A DNA stretch of 37,623 nucleotides. Source: Campylobacterales bacterium. GTDB taxonomy: Bacteria; Campylobacterota; Campylobacteria; Campylobacterales; JALSKU01. The DNA lies in NCBI GenBank assembly GCA_026988685.1, contig JALSKU010000200.1, positions 1-37,623 of the forward strand. Reading direction: 5' to 3'. Under the pieces are notes generated by a model. It searched no databases, was not told where the DNA came from, and worked only from the letters and a program-made list of their open reading frames with translations. This document shows positions 1 to 9,479 of this stretch, piece after piece (the stretch's first letter is position 1; each line of letters opens with the position of its first letter). The translations under genes and the position numbers were made by a program.

Positions 1-175
1 AAGCATTATCTTTATCCAAAAAATTCATTAAGTTACTATCAAGTAGCTCTCAGAATTTTTTGAACAAATCTAACACTTTCTCTATTTGTTAAGGTGTGCT
101 TTGGGTGCGTAACATCAGTTTTATAACTATATAATCCAACTTTAGATAGAATACTGCAAAAACAAAAGGGATTAT

Positions 176-802
176 ATGGGATTTTTATCAAATATAAATA
201 TAGAGTTCTATCTGTTGGCATACTTTATAGGGGGTATTCCCTTTGGATATCTGCTTGCAAAATATATAGGCAAAGTTGATATAAAAAATGAAGGAAGCGG
301 AAGTATCGGGGCTACAAATGTTTTAAGAGTATTAAAGAAAAAAGACCCCAAGCTAGCTAAAAAGCTAGGCGCCTTAACACTTTTACTTGATGCCTTAAAA
401 GGTATAGCTGTTTTGCTTTTGGCTACACTTGTCGGAGTTAGCGAAGAGACAAAATGGGCAGTAGCGGTTTTGGCCGTTATCGGCCACTGTTTTAGTCCCT
501 ATTTAAAGTTTGAAGGAGGAAAAGGAGTGGCTACCGGTGTCGGGGTAATGCTCTATATGCTACCTATCCCTACTATTATAGCGGTAATTGTTTGGGCAAT
601 TTCGGCAAAAACCATAAAAATATCTTCAGTCTCATCACTGCTTGCCGTTACAACATTTTTGCTAGCCTCATTTATTATATATCCTGACATTAAGCTTATC
701 CATACTCATGCGCCTATCGTTATCATAGTTTTTATAATTTTTTACAAACATATACCAAATATCATCGGACTCTTTGAGGGAAAGGAGAAAAGAGTAGTAT
801 GA
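176..802 (+). CDS. plsY: Glycerol-3-phosphate acyltransferase PlsY
   Basis: 208-aa polytopic membrane ORF with the hallmark PlsY motifs 'GSGSIGATNVLR' and 'HCFSPYLKFEGGKGVATGVG'. Its stop overlaps the next start (ATGA at 799-802). Confidence 0.9.
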   Translation: MGFLSNINIEFYLLAYFIGGIPFGYLLAKYIGKVDIKNEGSGSIGATNVLRVLKKKDPKLAKKLGALTLLLDALKGIAVLLLATLVGVSEETKWAVAVLAVIGHCFSPYLKFEGGKGVATGVGVMLYMLPIPTIIAVIVWAISAKTIKISSVSSLLAVTTFLLASFIIYPDIKLIHTHAPIVIIVFIIFYKHIPNIIGLFEGKEKRVV

Positions 803-1134
803 ATAGATTTAATATCACTATAAAAGATTTGACTCTGGATGTTATCATAGGTGTTTTAAAAGAGGAGAGAAACAAAAGACAAAGAGTTGTAGTCAATGCA
901 GAGATAGAGTATGACTTGGAAGAGCATTTTTTGGATTATGTCCAGGTGGTAGAGGCTATAACAAACCTGCTCGAATACAAACTGTATGACACACTTGAAA
1001 ATGCCATTGATGGTATCATAAAAGCTTTAAAAGTTGACTTTCCGGAAATTACAAAGATAAATTTACAGATTCAAAAGCCTGAAGTTTTTAATAACGCACT
1101 AATTGGTCTCTCTAAAGAGAAGATATTTTTATAA
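799..1134 (+). CDS. folB: Dihydroneopterin aldolase-like protein (FolB family)
   Basis: 111 aa. The N-terminus 'ITIKDLTLDVIIGVLKEERNKRQRVVVNAEIEY' fits the FolB beta-strand/ER..Q pattern. It is translationally coupled to plsY, as in other Campylobacterota (from memory). Confidence 0.65.
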   Translation: MNRFNITIKDLTLDVIIGVLKEERNKRQRVVVNAEIEYDLEEHFLDYVQVVEAITNLLEYKLYDTLENAIDGIIKALKVDFPEITKINLQIQKPEVFNNALIGLSKEKIFL

Positions 1135-1200
1135 AACTTATGGTTTTATAAAAAAAATATTAATTTTTTATTAAAAAAACTTTAAATCTCGCTAAAATTA

Positions 1201-1209
1201 TGATATAAT
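1201..1209 (+). promoter_or_regulatory. Candidate extended -10 promoter (TGATATAAT) for the two-component operon
   Basis: TGnTATAAT match lies 35 nt upstream of the ATG at 1244, preceded by an A/T-rich tract. The SD-like AAGGAAA lies at 1232-1238. Confidence 0.35.
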
Positions 1210-1243
1210 TCCGCTTAAACATTACAAAACAAAAGGAAACAGT

Positions 1244-1915
1244 ATGAGAATATTGATTGTAGAAGATGAGGTTACTCTCAATAAAACGATAGCAGAGGGT
1301 CTTCAAGAGTATGGTTATCAAACAGATAGCTCTGAGAATTTCAAAGATGCCGAGTATTTTATAGGTATCAGAAATTATGACTTGGTTTTGACTGATTTAA
1401 TGTTGCCTGATGGTGACGGTATGGATTTGGTAGCTCTTGTCAAACAAAAGTCTCCAAGAACAGCCTGTGTGGTTATCTCGGCTAAAGATGATAAAGAGAG
1501 TGAGATAAATGCTCTTAAAAACAGTGCCGATGACTATATCAAAAAACCTTTTGACTTCGATATCCTACTAGCAAGAATTGAAGCGAGGCTTAGATTTGGC
1601 GGAACAAATGTCATAGAGATAGATGATCTAGTAATTGACCCGGATGAAGAGAAGATAACTTATAAAGGTCAAGAGATAGAGCTAAAAGGCAAGCCTTTTG
1701 AAGTTTTGACACAACTTGCAAGACACAGCGATCAGATAGTTTCAAAAGAGCAGTTGCTTGATGCTATCTGGGAAGAACCGGAGCTTGTAACTCCAAATGT
1801 TATAGAAGTTGCTATCAATCAAATAAGACAAAAAATGGACAAGCCTCTTAATATCTCTACTATAGAGACTGTTAGAAGAAGAGGTTATAGATTTTGCTAT
1901 CCAAAAAAATCTTAA
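1244..1915 (+). CDS. OmpR/PhoB-family response regulator
   Basis: 223 aa. The receiver domain shows 'ILIVEDE', 'DLVLTDLMLPDGDG' and 'SAKDD...KKPF'. The C-terminal winged-helix shows 'LKGKPFEVL...VRRRGYRF'. Confidence 0.9.
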   Translation: MRILIVEDEVTLNKTIAEGLQEYGYQTDSSENFKDAEYFIGIRNYDLVLTDLMLPDGDGMDLVALVKQKSPRTACVVISAKDDKESEINALKNSADDYIKKPFDFDILLARIEARLRFGGTNVIEIDDLVIDPDEEKITYKGQEIELKGKPFEVLTQLARHSDQIVSKEQLLDAIWEEPELVTPNVIEVAINQIRQKMDKPLNISTIETVRRRGYRFCYPKKS

Positions 1916-3204
1916 CAAAAAACAGTATAAGAAATAAATTTATATTGCAATTAGTGGTCGCTTCGGTGGCCCTGATTGTGATATTTTCTACTATATTATT
2001 TAACTACATAAAGATATCCATTTACGAAGATATAGCCGGAGATTTACAGCAAACTGCCAGGTTTTTTTCAAGTTCTTTACGCAATAGCAATGACATTGAT
2101 ATATTTAGAATAGATCAAAATATCCCAAATGCAAAGGTTTCTGTAACTGTTAGACCAGATTTGCCTAAAAAGATATCGTATGAGCAGTTTGAGAGGTACG
2201 GCAGACACTTTATAAAGTTATACTATCCTCTAAATCCCAAAAACTTTACCTTTGTATCAGTTGTCAAAGATATCTCTTCAACGGATGTGCTTTTGCAAAA
2301 AATTTTAAAAAACATCTTCATTATCAACTTGATTACGATGGTTTTTATAATTTTTTATGCACTATTTTTATCTCAAATTCTTCTAAATCCTATAAGAGCA
2401 CTCTCAAACAGACTTTCAAGGTTGAATGAGAATTTTTTAGAGCATATCGACATAGATGATTTGCCATCGGAATTTATGCCACTAGGACAGAGTATAAACA
2501 GGCTAATTGACAGGATAAAAACCTTTGTAAAATATCAAAAAGAGCTTTTTATAGGTATAGCTCATGAGCTAAAAACGCCTCTGGCAGTTATGAAAACCAA
2601 GAATGAAGTAACCCTGATAAAGCAAAGAGAGCCAGATAGATATATAGAGGCTTTAAAACTTAGCAATAAAACTATAGATGATATGAATAAAATGATAAGC
2701 AACATTTTAGAGATTGGCAGGCAAGAGGGAGCTCAATTTGAAAAACCTACCGAGGTTGACCTTGTGGCTTTCATAAAAGAACATGCCAATAACTTTAAAC
2801 TTTTGGCTAAAAATGAAAAAAAAGAGCTTGAGATAAACCTAAAACCTGAGAGTTATGTCGTAAAAACCCAAACTACTCTTCTTCTACATATACTTCAAAA
2901 TTTTGTTCAAAATGCTATAAAATTTACTCCGGAGGGGAAAAGAGTTACTATAAAAACATACAATAAAGATAACGGTTTTATTATAGAGGTTATTGATGAA
3001 GGTGATGGTATAGATGAGAGCAAAGACCTTTTCGCTCCATTTAAGAGATTTGGCAAAAAAAGCGGGACAGGGCTGGGGCTCTTTTTGGCAAAAGGCGCAG
3101 CTGATGCTATAGGCGCTACTATAGAGATAAAAAACAGAAAAGATGCCAAAGGTGCAAAAGCTACAATTTTTCTTCCTTTTGTAAATTTTTGCGAAATTGT
3201 GTAA
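1894..3204 (+). CDS. Sensor histidine kinase (two TM segments, HisKA + HATPase_c)
   Basis: 436 aa with H-box 'AHELKTPL', N-box 'QNAIKFTP', G1 'DEGDGI' and G2 'GTGLGL'. It overlaps the regulator gene by 22 nt. Confidence 0.9.
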   Translation: MLSKKILTKNSIRNKFILQLVVASVALIVIFSTILFNYIKISIYEDIAGDLQQTARFFSSSLRNSNDIDIFRIDQNIPNAKVSVTVRPDLPKKISYEQFERYGRHFIKLYYPLNPKNFTFVSVVKDISSTDVLLQKILKNIFIINLITMVFIIFYALFLSQILLNPIRALSNRLSRLNENFLEHIDIDDLPSEFMPLGQSINRLIDRIKTFVKYQKELFIGIAHELKTPLAVMKTKNEVTLIKQREPDRYIEALKLSNKTIDDMNKMISNILEIGRQEGAQFEKPTEVDLVAFIKEHANNFKLLAKNEKKELEINLKPESYVVKTQTTLLLHILQNFVQNAIKFTPEGKRVTIKTYNKDNGFIIEVIDEGDGIDESKDLFAPFKRFGKKSGTGLGLFLAKGAADAIGATIEIKNRKDAKGAKATIFLPFVNFCEIV

Positions 3205-3265
3205 CAAATTTATCACATTTAAATTTATCTAAAGCTTTTTTAATGTATAAACTACTTTTAAAAAA

Positions 3266-3327
3266 AACTGCCCATATTGTAGATTGTTTTTTAGATGTAG
3301 TATGAGGTGGTCTCAATATGGGCAGTT
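3266..3327. promoter_or_regulatory. Perfect 14-bp inverted repeat (AACTGCCCATATTG / CAATATGGGCAGTT) with a 34-nt spacer
   Basis: The arms at 3266-3279 and 3314-3327 are exact reverse complements. The repeat sits between the kinase stop (3204) and the ferredoxin start (3351). It could be a terminator/attenuator hairpin or an operator. Confidence 0.3.
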
Positions 3328-3350
3328 GAACTTTATAAAAAGGCTAAAAA

Positions 3351-3602
3351 ATGTCATTGATGATAACTGATGAGTGTATTGCTTGTGATGCTTGTAGAGA
3401 TGAGTGTCCAAATATGGCGATTGAAGAGGCTGATCCGATATACATAATAGATCCTGATATTTGCACGGAGTGTGTGGGCTCATATGATGAACCGGCTTGT
3501 ATAGCTGTTTGTCCGGTTGATTGTATAGTTCCGGACCCTGATAACCTCGAATCCTTTGAAGAGTTAAAGTTAAAGTATAAGCAACTTCAAGAAGAAGAGT
3601 AG
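3351..3602 (+). CDS. 2x[4Fe-4S] ferredoxin (YfhL-like)
   Basis: 83 aa with two Cys clusters, 'CIACDACRDECP' and 'CTECVGSYDEPACIAVCP'. Confidence 0.85.
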   Translation: MSLMITDECIACDACRDECPNMAIEEADPIYIIDPDICTECVGSYDEPACIAVCPVDCIVPDPDNLESFEELKLKYKQLQEEE

Positions 3603-5072
3603 ATGGCAAAAAGAACTGCCGTTATCGATATAGGCTCAAATTCGGCTCGCATGATAGTTTGCCAAAAAAGCAGTAGGTATGCTTTTCATATCATACACGA
3701 GGCAAAAAGCAGAGTAAGAATTTCACAAAACTCTTATGAAAATGGTGGTGTTTTACAAGAAGCTGCAATATCAAGAGCCTTAAAGGCTCTAAAAGATTTT
3801 CATAGAATTGCTAAAAACTTAAAATGCACAAAACTGCTTTGCGTAGCTACTTCAGCTGTTAGAGATGCACCAAATAGAGCAGAATTTTTAAGAAGAGTTA
3901 GACAAGAGACAGAGATAAACATAAAAGTAATAGATGGGAAAAAAGAGGCTTACTTTGGCGCTTTGGCGGCAGTTAATCTACTTCCCAAAGAGAGTGATGC
4001 CATTACTATCGATATAGGGGGAGGTTCCAGTGAATTAGCTCTCATTGGAGATGGCAAAATTATCCAAACTTTATCTTTAAACCTCGGGACAATCAGACTC
4101 AAAGAGCTTTTTTATGATAAAAAATCAGATTATAAAAAGATAAGAGATTTCATACAAAATGAGCTTAAAAACTTGCCGACAAATTTTAAAACCAAAAAAG
4201 TGATAGCCATAGGCGGAACAGCACGAGCCATAGCAAAAATAGTAATGCCAAAAGATTACCCCCTAAAAGCACTGCATGCTTATGAATATGATATGGAAAA
4301 AGCCCGTATAATTTTAAAAAAAATTTCAACTTCCGAAGTTTTGAAGCTTAAAAAATATAATATAAAAAAACACAGGGTAGACACCATAAGAGAAGGAAGC
4401 GCTATACTTCTTAATATATTGGAATTTATCGGTGCCCAAAAGATCGTCACAAGTGGTGTTGGAGTTAGAGAGGGTGTTTATTTACATGATCTTTTAAGGA
4501 GCTCAGCTTACAAATTTCCTCAAAATTATAATCCGAGTGTCAGAAGCTTGTGCGATAGGTTTTTGATAAATGAAAATTATGCAAATTCTCTTACAAAAAA
4601 TGTATTGAAACTTTTTGATGTTTTAAGCAAACTTCATAAGATAGACAACTCTTACAAAAAAGAGCTATTTTATGCTGCAAAACTCTCTTCCATAGGTGTA
4701 TCCATAGGATTTTACAGGCATAATGAGCATACATTTTATATGCTATTAAACGGTTTAAATTATGGATTTACGCATCCTCAAAAACTGTTGATAGCCTTTG
4801 TGTCGTTATATCAAAATAAAAAACTTCCAAAAGAGGAAGAGCTAGCTAATTATCTCTCGCTTTTACCTGATCTAGGGGTGATTGAATGGCTTAGTTTTAT
4901 ACTGGCACTCGGAAAGTGCTTGCATAAAAACCAAGGCAGAAATGAGTTTGATTTTAGTTTTGAAAATTCTACTTTGCATATAATAAGCGATAAAAAGAGC
5001 GAAGTTTATCTATCGGCAGAGTGTATAAAAGAACTATATAAGCCATTTCCCATTGCTATAGCTATATCTTAG
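3603..5072 (+). CDS. Exopolyphosphatase / guanosine pentaphosphate phosphohydrolase (Ppx/GppA family)
   Basis: 489 aa. ASKHA-fold motifs 'AVIDIGSNSARM', 'ATSAVRDAPN' and 'IDIGGGSSEL' are followed by an HD-like C-terminal domain. The start directly abuts the ferredoxin stop. Confidence 0.85.
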   Translation: MAKRTAVIDIGSNSARMIVCQKSSRYAFHIIHEAKSRVRISQNSYENGGVLQEAAISRALKALKDFHRIAKNLKCTKLLCVATSAVRDAPNRAEFLRRVRQETEINIKVIDGKKEAYFGALAAVNLLPKESDAITIDIGGGSSELALIGDGKIIQTLSLNLGTIRLKELFYDKKSDYKKIRDFIQNELKNLPTNFKTKKVIAIGGTARAIAKIVMPKDYPLKALHAYEYDMEKARIILKKISTSEVLKLKKYNIKKHRVDTIREGSAILLNILEFIGAQKIVTSGVGVREGVYLHDLLRSSAYKFPQNYNPSVRSLCDRFLINENYANSLTKNVLKLFDVLSKLHKIDNSYKKELFYAAKLSSIGVSIGFYRHNEHTFYMLLNGLNYGFTHPQKLLIAFVSLYQNKKLPKEEELANYLSLLPDLGVIEWLSFILALGKCLHKNQGRNEFDFSFENSTLHIISDKKSEVYLSAECIKELYKPFPIAIAIS

Positions 5073-5078
5073 ATCTTT

Positions 5079-7286
5079 TTAAAATCTTCGCCCCATACTA
5101 AATTCAAAAGTTGATGTTTTATCACCCGGTTTATCACCTATAGGCTTTGCAAAGATAAGCTGGATTGCTCCTAGTGGAGATGCCCACTCTATACCAAGCC
5201 CTGTTCCTGCCCTGCTTATATCAAAGGATTCTTCGCCTATTGCGCCATAGTCAAAAAATAGCAATCCTCTCATTTTTATAGACTCTATAAGGGGTATGCT
5301 TGCTTCAATAGAGTTGGCAAACATCCTTTTTCCACCTATGAGCGTTCCCGCACTGTTCTTCGGTGCTAAAGAACTACTCTCATAGCCTCTTACTGTCGTT
5401 AAGCCACCCATATACAGCTTTTCATTTATAGGTAGGTAGCCGTTATCAAATGCAAGTCTAAGTTGAGCTTTGTATCTAAGGATGATATCATAATCTATCA
5501 GATCATCAAGCCCATAAAAATAGGCAAACTTATAAACATTTTTCACATATTTTTGATCTCCGCCGACTCCTGCAAACTCTACTCCTACGCTTGCATCCAT
5601 GCCATGCCTTGGCAGGTAGTAGTCATCTGTAGTATCATACTTAGCTGAAACCGAGATAGCACTTTTTATAGTCTTTCCGGTTGGATATAGTAGTGGATTT
5701 AAAGAGCTGTCAAGATCACTTAATTTACTACTTTCTATGGTATATCCAACACTTCCACTTATGTGTCTCGTAAATTTTTTACCTACATTTAGATTTGCAC
5801 CTTTTTTATCCTCAGTATAAGCATAGTAGTCATTATTCGTGCTATAAATTGAACCGCCTAGACTATATTGTGTGTCAAATACTCTAGGGTTAAAAAATGA
5901 TATAGAACCTTTTAAACTTTTTGAAGAGTAGTCTACAGTTGTAGAAAGATCAATTCCACTACCAAAAACATTTCTATCGCTTACACTTGCACTTAGAAGT
6001 AGTCCGTCATAACTACCGTAACCTATACCACCGGAGATACTGCCGGTCTGAGCCTCTTTTACTTTTACAAGCAGTTTTATTTTATTATCACCTACTCTTT
6101 TTTTCTCTATTTTCACATCTTCAAAATAGCCTGTTTTTTTGAGTTCAACGATTGAGTCTTGATAATCGGTATAAGAGTATTTATCTCCTGGGGCCAAATA
6201 GACGCTTCTTCTTACGACTCTATCTATAGTTCTGGTGTTTCCTGATATCTCTACATCATCTATATAGACAATTTCTCCCGGATTTATATGATATATTATA
6301 GAAGCGGTATGTTTTTTCTTATCTTGCTTTATATCGGGATAGACTCTAACATAAGCATAACCCAGATCAGCTACCAGATTTTTTATATGCTTCATATCCT
6401 TTCTTAGTTTTTCAACATTGAAAGTTTTTCCTGCTCTTAGTTTCAGGTCCTCTTTTAGCTTGGATACTTTTATAACAGGTTTGGAGAGGATAAATTTTAC
6501 AGATTTTATAGTATAAATTGACCCCTCGTTTACCAGGTATGAGAGATCTGCCGTATAATTTTCAAAATATGCTCTTAAAAAAGGAGTGCTTACTTTTGCA
6601 TCTAAAAACCCTTTTCTCATATAGTAGTCTTTGATCCTTTCGCTGTCATATGCCAATTGATCAACTTTAAGCTCTCCGTTATCTCTTCCCCAAAGCCAGC
6701 CCATAAACTGTTTTTGCCTGTTTACAATGTTTGATTTTATATCAGAGTAGTCAAGTTTTTTACTTCCATAAAGGTGGACTTTTTGTATAATGATCTCACT
6801 TCCTTTGCTTATGACAAAGGTTAGCTTTAAGCTGTTTTTATTTAATTTGTCGGTTTGGGTCTCTACTATACTATCGTAATACCCCTTTTTTTCAAGGTAA
6901 TTTAAAATCTGCTCTTTTGCTTTTTGGATACTATCTTCATCATAAATATCACCCTTTTTCACACTTAAAAACTCTTTTATATCATCTTTTTTATCTTCGT
7001 ACCCTTTTATATCAACTTTGGCTATAACCGGTTTTTCAACGAAGTGATAGATCAAGACCCCATCTTTCTCACTAACCCATATATCTTTAAAGTAGTCCTG
7101 ATTGAAAAATCTTACTATCGATTTATCTATCTTTTTTATATCCATCTCATCCCCAACACCAAAACCTATCATCTCCTTGGCTATACCTTTTGATATATGG
7201 ATGAGCCCGTCAAATTTGATATCTTTTATAGTCGTAGCATTTGCGTATAGTGTAAAAAACAGCGAAAAAATCAGTATAAATCTCAT
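5079..7286 (-). CDS. bamA: Outer membrane protein assembly factor BamA (Omp85)
   Basis: 735 aa with a signal peptide, repeated POTRA-like modules and a C-terminal beta-barrel rich in G/Y/S alternation that ends in '...FSMGRRF' (terminal Phe). Confidence 0.9.
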   Translation of the reverse strand: MRFILIFSLFFTLYANATTIKDIKFDGLIHISKGIAKEMIGFGVGDEMDIKKIDKSIVRFFNQDYFKDIWVSEKDGVLIYHFVEKPVIAKVDIKGYEDKKDDIKEFLSVKKGDIYDEDSIQKAKEQILNYLEKKGYYDSIVETQTDKLNKNSLKLTFVISKGSEIIIQKVHLYGSKKLDYSDIKSNIVNRQKQFMGWLWGRDNGELKVDQLAYDSERIKDYYMRKGFLDAKVSTPFLRAYFENYTADLSYLVNEGSIYTIKSVKFILSKPVIKVSKLKEDLKLRAGKTFNVEKLRKDMKHIKNLVADLGYAYVRVYPDIKQDKKKHTASIIYHINPGEIVYIDDVEISGNTRTIDRVVRRSVYLAPGDKYSYTDYQDSIVELKKTGYFEDVKIEKKRVGDNKIKLLVKVKEAQTGSISGGIGYGSYDGLLLSASVSDRNVFGSGIDLSTTVDYSSKSLKGSISFFNPRVFDTQYSLGGSIYSTNNDYYAYTEDKKGANLNVGKKFTRHISGSVGYTIESSKLSDLDSSLNPLLYPTGKTIKSAISVSAKYDTTDDYYLPRHGMDASVGVEFAGVGGDQKYVKNVYKFAYFYGLDDLIDYDIILRYKAQLRLAFDNGYLPINEKLYMGGLTTVRGYESSSLAPKNSAGTLIGGKRMFANSIEASIPLIESIKMRGLLFFDYGAIGEESFDISRAGTGLGIEWASPLGAIQLIFAKPIGDKPGDKTSTFEFSMGRRF

Positions 7287-7310
7287 ATAAAGCCTTGTTT
7301 ATTTAATAAA

Positions 7311-7325
7311 GTGGTATAATACCAC
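7311..7325 (+). promoter_or_regulatory. Palindrome GTGGTAT-A-ATACCAC containing an extended -10 (TGGTATAAT)
   Basis: 7-bp arms flank one base inside the divergent bamA/tyrA intergenic region. The TGnTATAAT match at 7312-7320 lies about 60 nt upstream of the tyrA ATG (7381). Confidence 0.35.
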
Positions 7326-7380
7326 ATAAATTTTAAAAAGATTATAAACCGGTATCTTTTTGAGATAAAAAAGGGGTAAA

Positions 7381-8208
7381 ATGACTGTAGGTATTGTAGG
7401 ACTTGGACTAATGGGTGGCTCTTTGGGGCTTGACTTGCAAGATAAAAAGATAGCAAAAAGAGTTTTGGGAGTAGATCACAACATCTCTCACTGTGAAGAT
7501 GCCTTGGAGTATGGTTTAGTTAACGAGATAGCAAGAGTTGAAGATATAAAAAAGTGTGATATGATATTTTTGTGCGTTCCGGTTAATGCTATCGTTAAGA
7601 TAATGCCCGAGCTTAAAGATGTAGATAAAAATACAACTATAGTAGATATGGGCAGTACCAAGCAAAAAATAGTAGAAAAAACCCCAAAAGAGATAGTTGA
7701 AAATTTTGTAGCATCCCATCCTATGTGCGGGACTGAAAAGTATGGACCGAGTGCAGCTTTCAAAGGGCTTTATGAGGGCAATACCGTAGTATTGTGCAAT
7801 ACCGAAAGAAATAGCCAAATGCACAAAGAAAGAGCAGAAGAGCTTTATAAGGCTCTTGGTATGCAGCTTTTTTATATGGACGCAAACGAGCATGATAAAC
7901 ATGCCGCTTTTATATCGCATCTTCCTCACGCCATTAGCTACTCTTTGGCAAATACGGTAATGAGCCAAGAAGACCCTATAAGTATATTGGCGCTTGCCGG
8001 AGGTGGTTTTAAAGATATGAGTAGAGTTGCAAAAAGTTCACCAAAGATGTGGAGCGATGTCTTTAAACAAAACAGATCCAATCTCTTAACTTCCATAGAT
8101 CTTTTTGAAAAAGAGATGCAAAAGATAAAAGAGTTAATAGAGCACGAAAATTGGGAAGCCATAGAGATATGGATGCAAAAAGCAACAACGCTACATAAGA
8201 TAATTTAG
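7381..8208 (+). CDS. tyrA: Prephenate dehydrogenase
   Basis: 275 aa with the Rossmann motif 'GIVGLGLMGGSLG' and the conserved 'SHPMCGTE' and 'HDKHAAFISHLPH' blocks. Confidence 0.85.
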   Translation: MTVGIVGLGLMGGSLGLDLQDKKIAKRVLGVDHNISHCEDALEYGLVNEIARVEDIKKCDMIFLCVPVNAIVKIMPELKDVDKNTTIVDMGSTKQKIVEKTPKEIVENFVASHPMCGTEKYGPSAAFKGLYEGNTVVLCNTERNSQMHKERAEELYKALGMQLFYMDANEHDKHAAFISHLPHAISYSLANTVMSQEDPISILALAGGGFKDMSRVAKSSPKMWSDVFKQNRSNLLTSIDLFEKEMQKIKELIEHENWEAIEIWMQKATTLHKII

Positions 8209-9479
8209 CTTGTTAGATTTTCTAAATAGGGTAGCTCAAAAGCAAACTTCCAAAATGGCACAATTTTTATATCTTTAGAGTTATCCTCTTGGTTGTATGT
8301 GATGATATATTTTTCATCGCAATTAAAAGGGAGTTTATTCAAGCCCCTTATCTCTCTTTTTAAATTTTTTTCATTTAGTTCGTAACAAACCTGCAGGGCG
8401 ATTAATTTATCCTCTTTTTTAGCTATAAAATCACACTCAAAATCTTTATTGTAAAAATAGAGTTCAAATCCACTCTTTAAAAGTTCGCTAAAAACTAAAT
8501 TTTCTAAAAGTAGACCTAAATTAGATGAAAATTTCAACCCTAAAAGCATAAAACCATTATCACTTAAATATATCTTTTTTTTGCTACTATTTTGCTCTTT
8601 TAGCGAATATGAAAACTGCTTTACTTCATACAGCATAAAACTATCTTCCAAATATCTTATATACTCTTTTGTGCTTGTATCGTTTATGCCAACGCTCTTT
8701 GCAAGCGATAGATATGAGTACAACGATGATGCATTATTTAAGATATAAAAACTTAAATCTCTAAAGCTCTTAACCTCTCTAATGGAGTTATTCAATACAC
8801 AATCTTTAAATAAAATAGTCTCATAATAGTGCTTTACAATATCTCTTTTTGCAAAGTTCGGTGCATCAAAAACCTCTACAAATGATCCATTTTGCATCAT
8901 GTCATCAACAATAGACAAAGATTTTGCTTTTTGTTCAACCAAATCGATATAGCTATCTATTTTATTAATTTGAAGTATCTCTTTAAAGGTTAGCGGATAG
9001 ACCATAGTTGATAGATATCTACCTGTTAGCAGTATTGATAGTTTGCTATTTAAAAAACTACTATTTGAACCTGTGACAAAGATTTTTTTAAATAATTCAC
9101 TATCATAAGCACTCTTTACAAACCTCTCCCAGCCATCAATTGCCTGAATCTCATCTAAAAAGAGATATTTAACCTCTCTACCGGTTAGTTTTTTTGCATA
9201 CTCAATTACATCATAAAATTTAGTAGCATCTTTAGAAAAAGGCACAAAAAACGGATCATCTAAATTGATATATAAAATCTCTTTCGGATTAATATTTTTA
9301 CTTAAATAGTTGATCAGTAGCTTAAAGATAGTAGATTTTCCACTCCGTCTAATACCTTGCAAAACCTCAATTTGACGCAAACTTAATCTATCTATAATTT
9401 TAGTTAGTATGCTTCTGCTATATAGATTTTTATACCTTTGTTTCCAGTGTATATTTTGAGAAATTATCAATTTTTCCAT
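8205..9479 (-). CDS. AAA+ ATPase with C-terminal DUF4143-like domain
   Basis: 424 aa with Walker A 'GIRRSGKST' and Walker B 'LFLDEIQ'. The overall layout is typical of the AAA_14/DUF4143 'ATP-binding protein' family. Its stop overlaps the tyrA stop convergently by 4 nt. Confidence 0.8.
   Translation of the reverse strand: MEKLIISQNIHWKQRYKNLYSRSILTKIIDRLSLRQIEVLQGIRRSGKSTIFKLLINYLSKNINPKEILYINLDDPFFVPFSKDATKFYDVIEYAKKLTGREVKYLFLDEIQAIDGWERFVKSAYDSELFKKIFVTGSNSSFLNSKLSILLTGRYLSTMVYPLTFKEILQINKIDSYIDLVEQKAKSLSIVDDMMQNGSFVEVFDAPNFAKRDIVKHYYETILFKDCVLNNSIREVKSFRDLSFYILNNASSLYSYLSLAKSVGINDTSTKEYIRYLEDSFMLYEVKQFSYSLKEQNSSKKKIYLSDNGFMLLGLKFSSNLGLLLENLVFSELLKSGFELYFYNKDFECDFIAKKEDKLIALQVCYELNEKNLKREIRGLNKLPFNCDEKYIITYNQEDNSKDIKIVPFWKFAFELPYLENLTS

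Noticed and set aside
39-221. 60-aa minus-strand ORF upstream of plsY, and a possible minus-strand gene start at position 28 (reverse complement reads ATGAATTTTTTGGATAAAGAT...)
   Set aside because: The 60-aa ORF has no motifs and overlaps the plsY start. The possible gene leaving the window has only about 9 codons visible, which is too little to support a call.
2884-3216. Antisense ORFs of 110 aa and 80 aa (2907-3149) inside the histidine kinase gene
   Set aside because: They lie entirely within a well-supported CDS on the opposite strand. Their low-complexity F/I/S/L-rich translations are typical of shadow frames in AT-rich DNA, and they have no SD or motifs.
3313-3609. 98-aa minus-strand ORF opposite the ferredoxin gene
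   Set aside because: It is a shadow ORF of the ferredoxin CDS, which has unmistakable Cys-cluster motifs. Its translation has no recognisable features.
7488-8162. Three minus-strand ORFs (91, 150 and 74 aa) opposite tyrA. Similar antisense ORFs lie opposite bamA (5463-5648, 7102-7290), pxpC (10033-10374), pxpA (11713-11898), dctM (11960-12253, 12500-12724), alaS (16006-16200, 17173-17569), the membrane protein (17839-18054), the R-M-S gene (23313-23754), tcmP/DUF5131 (23739-24125, 24486-24677, 24976-25314), mrcA (26093-26434), cheZ-like (30579-30887, 31002-31184), U32 (31685-31948, 32334-32528), glyQ (33670-33852, 34149-34382), nif3, the zinc-ribbon gene, waaA and DUF167
   Set aside because: All are fully nested in, or antisense to, strongly supported CDSs. 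They have biased hydrophobic or low-complexity composition and lack start contexts. I treat them as frame shadows.
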